From: Candidatus Roizmanbacteria bacterium RIFCSPLOWO2_01_FULL_40_13 | GTDB lineage: Bacteria > Patescibacteriota > Microgenomatia > UBA1406 > GWC2-37-13 | Length of the DNA stretch: 64,000 bases | Direction: 5' to 3' | Assembly: GCA_001789745.1 (NCBI GenBank) | Contig: MGAN01000002.1 | Coordinates: 7,916-71,915 of the forward strand | In this document: positions 1 to 7,722 of the stretch, one piece after another | Layout of the letters: every line of letters starts with the position of its first letter | Numbering within the stretch: the first letter of the stretch is position 1 | Position numbers and translations under genes: made by a program | The notes under the pieces: generated by a model | Database searches by the model: none | What the model was told of the DNA's origin: nothing | Seen by the model: only the letters and a program-made list of their open reading frames with translations

Positions 1-2264
1 GTTGGGGTGGGCGATTGGTTAGGGACGGGATAATCGGGTGTACAGTCGAGACAAACCGAGGAGAAAGCGTCTTTGAATATAGTCTTTTCCTGCATTTCGT
101 GAGCCGGGTCTTCGACAGTAGTCATCTTGCCGGTATCACGGCTGACGGGAACATGGGTTTTTTCGGCCGTGATTTGGTCTGCGAGATTCTCCGTTCCTTT
201 AATAAAGTATTCAAAGCGCGATTGACAACTTTCTGACCCGTCTTCTTTTTTAGTCATTGCGACTCCAGTCTCCCAGCAGACCTGTTTTCCGACTACATCC
301 TGTGGTCTAACCGGCCAAAGGTCAGTTTGATTTGCCAGGACGTTTGTCATGATCCGATTCCAGATCGGGGCTGCTCCTGTGACGCCTGACGTAAGGTATG
401 GATGCATGGGGGTATTGTCGTTGTTGCCGACCCAGACTGCGGTTAGGAAGTTAGGAGTATAGCCGATGGTCCAATTATCTTTTTTATCGTTGGTGGTACC
501 GGTCTTGACCGAGACGGCATGATTGCGGATATTAAGATACGAAGATGCGCCAAAGGCGGCCGATCTGGCGTTATTATCCAAAAGAATATGGGAGATGATA
601 AAAGCAGTCTCGGAACTTATTGCAGGATTGCCTTGAATGGCAAAAAAATTGGGGCTTTTTAATTCCTTATTCAGATCTTTGACAAAATTGGGGTCTTTAT
701 ACTGATAAAGAATTTTTCCCTGTTTGTCCTTGACTTCAATAATGGCAATGAGTTTTTTGGGAATTCCGCGGTTGGCAAAGGAGGAGAAGGCTTGAGCCAT
801 CTCGGTCATCCTGACCTCGCCACCGCCCAAAGTCAGCGACAACCCGTATTTTTTCGGATCTTTGAAGGTCGTCATGGTAAAGGCAGAGGAGGAGGCGATG
901 AAGTTCTCCACTCCATTTATAGCAAGCATTTTGACCGCAGGGATATTGTAAGAGTTGCCAAGGGCAAAGCGAAGCTGAGTCGGGCCGTGAAAGACCCCGT
1001 CATAATTGCGGGGGCAATATTTGGTCGGTTGTCCGGCGGCAAAAAAACATGTAGGTATATCCAAAAAGACAGTAGCAGGAGTAACTATTTTTTGTTCAAT
1101 ACCTATAGCGTAATTTACAGGTTTTATGGCCGACCCGGGTTGTCTAAGGGCAGTCGTGACATTAAAGGCGCCGGAGGGCGTAGCAAAATAGTCAACTGAT
1201 CCGACCATAGCCAAAATTTCGCCGGTTGGAGGCCTGGTGACAAGCGCCGCGCCATTTGAGACTCTTAAATTTTTGATTTCCTCGAGTTCCTCGCGCAGAA
1301 TTTTTTCTGCTTCTTCCTGGAAGTCAAGATCAAGTGAGGTTGTGACACGCAGACCTCCCTCCTCGACTTGTTTTATACCGTATAGTTCTTCCAACTGTGA
1401 TTTGACATAGAAAGTAAAATGAGGGGCTTTGATTTTTCTTTTTATGGGTTTGATATTGAGTTTTTGCCGGGAGAAGGTGTCGTACTGTTTTTGCTCTATA
1501 TATTTTTCTTCCAGCATGGCTTTTAATACTTCACTTCTTCTTTTTTGAGCCCGGTCGGGATTAGTATAAGGAGAATATAAGGAAGGAGCTTGGGGAAGTC
1601 CGGCGAGGAAGGCTGCCTCTTCAAGTTTTAGGTCTTTGGCTTTTTTGCCAAAATAATTCTGGGCCGCTTCTTCAACTCCATAAGCTGATCCTCCATAAGG
1701 AACTTGATTGAGATAAAGCTCCAAAATTTCATCCTTACTGAATATCGCTTCCGTCCAATAAGCTAAGACAATCTCTCTCAGTTTTCTCCTTACTGTTCGC
1801 TCCGGAGTCAAAAGCGCACTTTTGACCAATTGCTGGGTAATGGTAGATCCGCCCTGCAGTCTTCTTTTTAGGACGGTATCCTTGATTGCCCGAAGGATTC
1901 CGCCAAAAAAAGAGACACCCCCGTGTTTATAGAAGTCTTTGTCCTCTACGGCAATTGTAGCTTGTTTGACATATTCGGGCAGGTCTTTGACTTTTACTGC
2001 AGTTCTTTTTTGGTCTTTAAAAATTTCAAAAAGCAATCTACCATTGCGGTCAAGTATATGAGTGGAGAGAGGGATGGATTTATAATCTTTGAGACTGGCA
2101 GGAGTGGGCAATTGGAAGAAGATATAGAAATAAATAAATATTACGCCTGACAAGATTGAACCGTAAGCTAAAAACGAGTAGATTTTTTTATTGTGCCTGG
2201 ATTTTTTGATTTTGGAGGTAACTTTTTTTTGTAAATTGTTTATTCGTTTCTTTATTTTTATCAT
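1..2264 (-). CDS. class A penicillin-binding protein (GT51 glycosyltransferase + transpeptidase), partial; C-terminus runs past the window start
   Basis: Absent from the ORF track because it has no stop in the window. Hand translation from ATG 2264-2262 gives MIKIKKRINN..., a TM helix, then EDKDFYKHGG, GGSTITQQLVK and RKLREIVLA (GT51 motifs). KTGTTND (KTG box) lies near 500. Confidence 0.85.
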   Translation of the reverse strand, partial: MIKIKKRINNLQKKVTSKIKKSRHNKKIYSFLAYGSILSGVIFIYFYIFFQLPTPASLKDYKSIPLSTHILDRNGRLLFEIFKDQKRTAVKVKDLPEYVKQATIAVEDKDFYKHGGVSFFGGILRAIKDTVLKRRLQGGSTITQQLVKSALLTPERTVRRKLREIVLAYWTEAIFSKDEILELYLNQVPYGGSAYGVEEAAQNYFGKKAKDLKLEEAAFLAGLPQAPSLYSPYTNPDRAQKRRSEVLKAMLEEKYIEQKQYDTFSRQKLNIKPIKRKIKAPHFTFYVKSQLEELYGIKQVEEGGLRVTTSLDLDFQEEAEKILREELEEIKNLRVSNGAALVTRPPTGEILAMVGSVDYFATPSGAFNVTTALRQPGSAIKPVNYAIGIEQKIVTPATVFLDIPTCFFAAGQPTKYCPRNYDGVFHGPTQLRFALGNSYNIPAVKMLAINGVENFIASSSAFTMTTFKDPKKYGLSLTLGGGEVRMTEMAQAFSSFANRGIPKKLIAIIEVKDKQGKILYQYKDPNFVKDLNKELKSPNFFAIQGNPAISSETAFIISHILLDNNARSAAFGASSYLNIRNHAVSVKTGTTNDKKDNWTIGYTPNFLTAVWVGNNDNTPMHPYLTSGVTGAAPIWNRIMTNVLANQTDLWPVRPQDVVGKQVCWETGVAMTKKEDGSESCQSRFEYFIKGTENLADQITAEKTHVPVSRDTGKMTTVEDPAHEMQEKTIFKDAFSSVCLDCTPDYPVPNQSPTP

Positions 2265-2269
2265 AACAA

Positions 2270-2326
2270 CGATTCCAGTTCCCACTACGCTCAAAGAGCT
2301 ACGAGGGACAAGCAAGCCGGAATGAC
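2270..2326. repeat. palindrome-ended element, family D copy 1 (cgattccag...gccggaatgac); fills the metG/PBP spacer
   Basis: 37-nt right part matches 49914-49950 with 4 mismatches. Left end aacaacgattcc matches 51191-51202. Confidence 0.7.
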
Positions 2327-2328
2327 TA

Positions 2329-3765
2329 TTATAATCGCGGAAAAAGCGGCGGGATTTTTTTGATTTTTCCTTGAGTCATTTTCATGATAGTATCTGATGT
2401 ATTAGGAAGAAATGGCTTGAGGAATTTTACTCTTTTCCTTATTTCTTTTAAGTAATATTTTAGCCGTACCGCAACCTGTGATTTATCCATTTCCCAAGGT
2501 TTATCGCTATTGATTTCCGTGTCGAGATTTCTGAAGTCTTTCCATATCTCCTCCAATGCCATATTAAACTCATATTTTTCTAAGTGGTCAAAAAAACCTC
2601 CTTTATTTAAAGATTCGGGCAATTCGATTGAATCTTCCGGTTGGTCTGATATAGTTACATTGTGATCTTCTCCTAACTTTATGACGCGGGAAACTAGATT
2701 GCCTATTCCATTTGCCAAATCGGCATTATATATTTCTTTCATCCTGGAATGGGAAAAACCGCCATCGTCTGCCGCAGGTATTTCTTTAAGGAGATAGTAT
2801 CTGACTGCGTCTACTCCATATTGTTCGACTAATTCAAACGGGTCAATGACATTGCCCAGACTTTTGCTCATTTTTTTACCGTCGGAAGTTATAAACCCGT
2901 GGATAAAAATCTGTCTGCTGCCGGGTAGGCCCGCAGAAATAAGCATCGCCTGCCAGATAGCTGTCTGCTGTCTCAAATTATCTTTGCCTGCGACATGAAT
3001 TACAGGCCAAAACTTTTCAAAATCCAAAAGACTATCAGGCCAGCCGAGGGTAGAGATATAAAAGACAAGCGCGTCAAACCAGACATACATGACGTGGTCG
3101 TTATCCCCGGGAACCGGGACGCCCCAAGGCATCTTGCTTTTAAGCCGGGAGATACTGAAGTCATGCAGGCCTTTTTTAACAAATGACTCAATTTCTTTAA
3201 GTCTGTTGCTCGGGATGACAAAGTCAGGTCGATTATTATAAAGTTGAAGAAGCCTATTCTGATACTTAGAAAATCTAAAAAAATAGTTTTCTTCTTCATA
3301 ATCTTCGATAGCCAAATTGGGGTGGATCGGACATTTATTATTTTCCAACTCGGAGTCGGTTTTTTCCAGTTCGCAGCCGACACAGTATTTAACCTTGTAG
3401 TTTTTTTTATAAATATCATTATTTTGAAAACACCTTTTCCAAAATTCTTGGGCCGCTTCAACATGTTTTTGGTCGGTGGTTCTGATGAAGTGAGTCGTAC
3501 TTAAGTTTAAGGCTTTAGCCAATGATTTGAATTTACCCACGTGTTCGTCACAGTAATCTTGGGGTAATTTATTTTCTTCTTGGGCTTGGCGATATATCTT
3601 AAGTCCGTGTTCATCGGTGCCAAAACCAAAGGCTACTGTAAAACCCTGAAGTTTTTTAAATCGGGCGATGGCATCAGCCTGAACTAATTCCAAGGCAAAG
3701 CCGATGTGGGGATCGGCATTGACATAAGGGGCGGTAGTTGTAATATAGAAATACCTCTTACTCAT
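2329..3765 (-). CDS. metG: methionyl-tRNA synthetase
   Basis: HIGH-type motif ADPHIGFALE, KMSKS present, Cys knuckles CVGC...CPIH; 478 aa. Confidence 0.92.
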   Translation of the reverse strand: MSKRYFYITTTAPYVNADPHIGFALELVQADAIARFKKLQGFTVAFGFGTDEHGLKIYRQAQEENKLPQDYCDEHVGKFKSLAKALNLSTTHFIRTTDQKHVEAAQEFWKRCFQNNDIYKKNYKVKYCVGCELEKTDSELENNKCPIHPNLAIEDYEEENYFFRFSKYQNRLLQLYNNRPDFVIPSNRLKEIESFVKKGLHDFSISRLKSKMPWGVPVPGDNDHVMYVWFDALVFYISTLGWPDSLLDFEKFWPVIHVAGKDNLRQQTAIWQAMLISAGLPGSRQIFIHGFITSDGKKMSKSLGNVIDPFELVEQYGVDAVRYYLLKEIPAADDGGFSHSRMKEIYNADLANGIGNLVSRVIKLGEDHNVTISDQPEDSIELPESLNKGGFFDHLEKYEFNMALEEIWKDFRNLDTEINSDKPWEMDKSQVAVRLKYYLKEIRKRVKFLKPFLPNTSDTIMKMTQGKIKKIPPLFPRL

Positions 3766-3814
3766 GGCTAATATTTTACCAGATATTTGTCGTTATCTGA
3801 TCTTGCCAAATTTT

Positions 3815-4117
3815 TTATCTGACGAGAGAGATGATTCCCATAAAAAGGCTTATCAGCAGTACGAAGTTGATAGGCTCGGTGAGTCTATAAGCAAGGAGTA
3901 AGAGCAACGAAAGCAAAAAAAGAGAAATGAGCAGGGATATTTTTTTTGATAAAAAGAGTTTTGCAAGAAGCAAGAATAATAAAGACAGTGAGATTATAAA
4001 TAATATTTTTATATACCAGTTGTCCGGCTGCACGAATAAAACGATTAACATCAAAATTATCAGCAAAAAAAAGATAATGAAATAATCGAGTCTGATTCTG
4101 CGTCTTGATCTGGTCAT
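3815..4117 (-). CDS. small hydrophobic membrane protein, unknown function
   Basis: 100-aa ORF with about 3 predicted TM stretches rich in L/I/F. No recognisable motif. Confidence 0.45.
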   Translation of the reverse strand: MTRSRRRIRLDYFIIFFLLIILMLIVLFVQPDNWYIKILFIISLSLLFLLLAKLFLSKKISLLISLFLLSLLLLLAYRLTEPINFVLLISLFMGIISLVR

Positions 4118-4165
4118 AATTTCTGCAGTTGAAAGAAATTGAGTTCTAGATTATAATTTTATACT

Positions 4166-4501
4166 ATGGTTAAGAAAGTCACAAAGAAGACGGCTAAAAC
4201 AACTGCGAAAAAAGCAGGTAAAAAAGTCCAATCGACAATGCTACCCGATGACAAACAAAAAATTATCGAGGAATTCGCACAAAAAAAGGGTGATACCGGA
4301 TCTCCAGAAGTTCAAGCGGCACTTCTCAGTCATAAAATAATTAAATTGACATCGCATTTAGATTCAAATAAAAAAGACAATCATTCTCGACACGGGCTTC
4401 TGAAAGTTATAGCCAAAAGAAGAAGAATTCTAAATTACCTAAAAAAGTTGGATGAGATGAGGTATAATAAGTTAATAAATAAACTCGGATTAAAGAAATA
4501 A
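4166..4501 (+). CDS. rpsO: 30S ribosomal protein S15 with Lys-rich N-terminal extension
   Basis: GDTGSPEVQAALLS...HSRHGLLKVIAKRRRILNYL. TATAAT at 4152-4157 lies 8 nt upstream of ATG 4166. An alternative start at 4238 would give a canonical-length S15. Confidence 0.88.
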   Translation: MVKKVTKKTAKTTAKKAGKKVQSTMLPDDKQKIIEEFAQKKGDTGSPEVQAALLSHKIIKLTSHLDSNKKDNHSRHGLLKVIAKRRRILNYLKKLDEMRYNKLINKLGLKK

Positions 4502-4724
4502 CCGATTATAATACGAATGATGTGAATCTTTATTCCACCTTCGCGAAATACCCTTATCGTTAGATAAGTGATCAAAGCGAAGGAGTTTTTCGCTTCGGCG
4601 GATTTCAACTCTTGGCGAAGCGTAGTTAAAGACTCCCTGATCGTAAGACCAGGGAGTTTCAACTTGATTAGTTTATTAGTCACATTCGCATACTATCAGA
4701 AGATTCGTATAACTTAAATATTTT

Positions 4725-6809
4725 ATGAATATTATTGAAGACTCCATTGAGATTGATGGACATAAGCTAACCCTGCAGACGGGAAAACTTGCAAATCAGG
4801 CTACCAGGTCGGTCTACGCACAATTAGGTGAAACTTGCGTATTGGTGACTGTAACATCCGGTAATAAGCGCGAAGATATTGATTATTTACCGCTTCAGGT
4901 TGAGTATGTAGAAAAATTGTATGCCGGCGGCAGGATCAAAGGATCGCGCTGGGTAAAGCGCGAAGGCAGACCCTCGGATGATGCCATTCTCAAAGCCAGA
5001 GTTATAGACAGATCCATTAGGCCTTTGTTTCCGCCTAATTATAGAAAAGAGATTCAAATCATCATAACTCTGTTATCGGTGGACGGCGTCAATTCTCCCG
5101 AGATTCTTTCGGCAATCGCCACATCCGCTGCTTTAAGTTTATCGCCCATACCTTGGCAGGGGCCAATCAGCACGATTAGAGTCGGATACATCAAGACTAA
5201 CGGTGAAGGAAGTTTTATCATCAACCCGACGGAGGAAGAAGAAAGATTTTCAACTTTGGATCTGGTGGTATCTTCTTTGATTGACAAGGCAGTCATGATC
5301 GAGGCTAAGTCAGAAGAACTGAGCGAAGAAAACATGCTTAAAGCAATCAAACTAGCTCAAAGCGAGAATAGGAAAATCATCGAATTTATCGAAAAAATGA
5401 CTAAGAAAATAAAACCGGTTAAGGAAGTTGCAGGTCAAGGACTGATTGACGACAAAATTCTAAAAGTTTTGAAAAAAGACTACCAAAAAAATATCAGCGA
5501 CATGATTCTTAAGAAAGCCGAAAAAGAGTTCGACGATGAAGAGGCTTTGGAAGTAGTGGTTGTGGAAGTTATGGAAAAATATAAAAAAGAATTCGAGCGA
5601 AAAGAAATTGTCAAAGCGATTGACTACTTAAGTAAGCTAAAAATCAGAGAGCAGATTTTAAAGACAAAAAAGCGGATCGACGGCAGGTCTCCAGACGAGA
5701 TAAGAGAATTAAGATCAGAGACATCCATCTTACCGCGGACTCACGGTTCGGCTATTTTTGAACGCGGCGAAACTCAAGTCCTATCGATTGTTACTTTGGG
5801 AGCACCCGGGCTGGAGCAGCTAATCGAAAGTCCGGAAGGAGAAGTCGCTAAAAGATATATCCATCATTATTATATGCCGCCGTATTCTGTAGGAGAAACC
5901 GGAAGAATAGGTTGGCCTTCACGCCGGGAGATCGGGCATGGAGCTTTGGCAGAAAAAGCAATCGAGCCGGTACTTCCTACGGAGAAAGAATTTCCCTACA
6001 CCATAAGAGTAGTATCTGAAGTCTTATCGTCAAACGGTTCAACCTCCATGGCTTCAGCCTGCGGATCAAGTTTGGCATTGATGGATGCGGGCGTGCCCAT
6101 CAAGTCCCCGGTAGCCGGAATTGCCATGGGACTAATGACCAAGTCCGATACGGAATATGTAATCTTGACAGATATCATGGGGATAGAAGATTTTTCAGGA
6201 GATATGGATTTTAAAGTGGCTGGAACTGTCGCCGGAATCACCGGAATTCAATTAGACGTCAAAATATTGGGTTTAACGGAAGAAGTGATCAAAGAAGTAT
6301 TGGGGAAGGCCAAAAAAGCTCGATTGACTATCCTCGAATCGATGAATAAAGTAATCTCCAGTCCGCGAGGTGAAATATCCAAATTCGCACCAAAAGTGGT
6401 TGTCATGACGCCACCGCAGGACAAGATCGGCGAGATTATCGGACCGGGAGGTAAAAACATCAGAAGTCTGATAGCCAAAACCCAAACCGATATCAATGTT
6501 TCGGATGACGGGAAAGTTACAATCACAGGTCTTGATAAGGAAAAAGTTGATGAAGCTGTCAGATACATCGAAAATATCACCCGTGAAGTCGAGATAGGGG
6601 AGGAATTTGAAGGCACTGTTAAACGAATTCTGCCTTTTGGAGCTTTTGTTGAGTTTTTGCCGGGTAAGGAAGGATTGGTGCATGTTTCCAAGATGGGCCG
6701 GGGTTTTGTCCGTGATCCGGGACAGGTAGTCAAAATCGGCCAGAAAGTCAAAGTCAAAGTCAACCAGATTGATAACCAGGGGCGAATAAACCTTCAGATG
6801 ATTGCATAA
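4725..6809 (+). CDS. pnp: polynucleotide phosphorylase
   Basis: Two RNase PH domains, FSGDMDFKVAGT, KH (GPGGKNIR) and S1 (GTVKRILPFGAFVEF). Classic rpsO-pnp synteny. Confidence 0.95.
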   Translation: MNIIEDSIEIDGHKLTLQTGKLANQATRSVYAQLGETCVLVTVTSGNKREDIDYLPLQVEYVEKLYAGGRIKGSRWVKREGRPSDDAILKARVIDRSIRPLFPPNYRKEIQIIITLLSVDGVNSPEILSAIATSAALSLSPIPWQGPISTIRVGYIKTNGEGSFIINPTEEEERFSTLDLVVSSLIDKAVMIEAKSEELSEENMLKAIKLAQSENRKIIEFIEKMTKKIKPVKEVAGQGLIDDKILKVLKKDYQKNISDMILKKAEKEFDDEEALEVVVVEVMEKYKKEFERKEIVKAIDYLSKLKIREQILKTKKRIDGRSPDEIRELRSETSILPRTHGSAIFERGETQVLSIVTLGAPGLEQLIESPEGEVAKRYIHHYYMPPYSVGETGRIGWPSRREIGHGALAEKAIEPVLPTEKEFPYTIRVVSEVLSSNGSTSMASACGSSLALMDAGVPIKSPVAGIAMGLMTKSDTEYVILTDIMGIEDFSGDMDFKVAGTVAGITGIQLDVKILGLTEEVIKEVLGKAKKARLTILESMNKVISSPRGEISKFAPKVVVMTPPQDKIGEIIGPGGKNIRSLIAKTQTDINVSDDGKVTITGLDKEKVDEAVRYIENITREVEIGEEFEGTVKRILPFGAFVEFLPGKEGLVHVSKMGRGFVRDPGQVVKIGQKVKVKVNQIDNQGRINLQMIA

Positions 6810-6816
6810 AGCCTTA

Positions 6817-6838
6817 AATTCCACCCGCAGGGCGGATT
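6817..6838. terminator. hairpin aattccacccgcagggcggatt between convergent pnp and the RAYT gene
   Basis: GC-rich inverted repeat directly after the pnp stop. Same core (ccacccgcaggg.gga) as 62231-62246; related to 53444-53476. Confidence 0.4.
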
Positions 6839-6842
6839 AGCC

Positions 6843-7535
6843 TCAATCTAATAGTAATCTCTTTATTTTATGAAGTTTTCTTTGGTAGTTTACATTGTTT
6901 TTTAAGAATTTAAGATACTTTTCGGGAGTTTTGAAGTGGTCGAGTATAGATTTCGTATTTATAAATTGTGAAGCAAAGGAATGTAAGGAACCCTGAGGGT
7001 TCCCTGAGGCTAAATAAACAGGAAGTGAACTCCATGAGTAAGTCAACAGCTGCTCAAAACTAATAATTCCTGCTGTCACATGGTTGATATGAATATATCT
7101 TGAAACATGGATAAATTCTTCACTATTGGCAATCCTTTTTGCTTTAAAGCTATGATCAAAAAGACTTCCGTTCCGATCATTTATCAGATTATAATTTTTA
7201 GCAAAACTATTTTGAATGTTGCTCAAAAATAATGAAATTCCTTTATCTTGTAGTTGTTTTGCTAAAAAATGATAGTGATTAGGCATAAATGAGAAAACGA
7301 ATATATCGATAAGCGGAACATTAATTGTAATTGTTTTTAAATAATCTTGTTGAAGGTTGGGAGCTAAATTATTAAAATCAGATAAACTTATTCTTTGTCT
7401 GAATCTATAATAATTCACAATTTTAAGGATTTTGCGTAAGTAAATTTTATCTTTTAAAACTTCTTCTTTACCGATAGAACGATTAAATAGATGATAGATT
7501 TCATTAGTTGATAGAATCGGTCTAAAAGTTGTCAT
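6843..7535 (-). CDS. IS200/IS605-superfamily Y1 (HUH) transposase, RAYT-like
   Basis: EIYHLFNRS, HUH motif MPNHYHFLAK, GSLFDHSFKAKRI, RYIHINHV, YSWSS. Start moved to Met51 (ATG 7535), because the upstream part of the tracked ORF is made of REP palindromes. Confidence 0.8.
   Translation of the reverse strand: MTTFRPILSTNEIYHLFNRSIGKEEVLKDKIYLRKILKIVNYYRFRQRISLSDFNNLAPNLQQDYLKTITINVPLIDIFVFSFMPNHYHFLAKQLQDKGISLFLSNIQNSFAKNYNLINDRNGSLFDHSFKAKRIANSEEFIHVSRYIHINHVTAGIISFEQLLTYSWSSLPVYLASGNPQGSLHSFASQFINTKSILDHFKTPEKYLKFLKNNVNYQRKLHKIKRLLLD
6987..7009. repeat. REP-like palindrome ggaaccctgagggttcc(ctgagg) inside the 3' part of the RAYT ORF
   Basis: Near-perfect 17-nt palindrome. The 15-mer aaccctcagggttcc (reverse complement) is identical to ileS 36327-36341. 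Confidence 0.75.
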
Positions 7536-7610
7536 ATATAAAAAAATTAAAAGAATAATTTGAACAAATGTCAATGGATTATATGCTACAAAATTACTGA
7601 TTGTGAGCCT

Positions 7611-7655
7611 AGGCACCCTTAGGGTTCCATGAAATATAAGGAACCCTAAGGGTAC
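7611..7655. repeat. two REP-like palindromes (ggcacccttagggttcc ... ggaaccctaagggtac) upstream of the RAYT gene
   Basis: Same GGAACCCTnAGGGTTCC consensus as 6987-7009. Flanks the RAYT gene on the other side. Confidence 0.7.
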
Positions 7656-7722
7656 TGTGAGGGTACTGCGGAATAAGTAAATCAAAGTTGAATTTGAGTC
7701 AGATTAACATTACAATCTTATT

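Noticed and set aside
15-2150. Plus-strand ORFs 15-236, 792-1199 and 1923-2150.
   Set aside because: They lie antisense to the clearly coding class A PBP frame and have no motifs. They are shadows of the minus-strand gene.
6248-6824. Minus-strand ORFs of 171 and 183 aa.
   Set aside because: They are entirely antisense to pnp, whose KH and S1 domains are unambiguous. Their composition is low-complexity.
7536-7685. N-terminal 50 aa of the tracked ORF 6843-7685.
   Set aside because: This stretch is encoded by the REP palindromes and the 24-nt promoter-like module. The RAYT homology begins after Met51.
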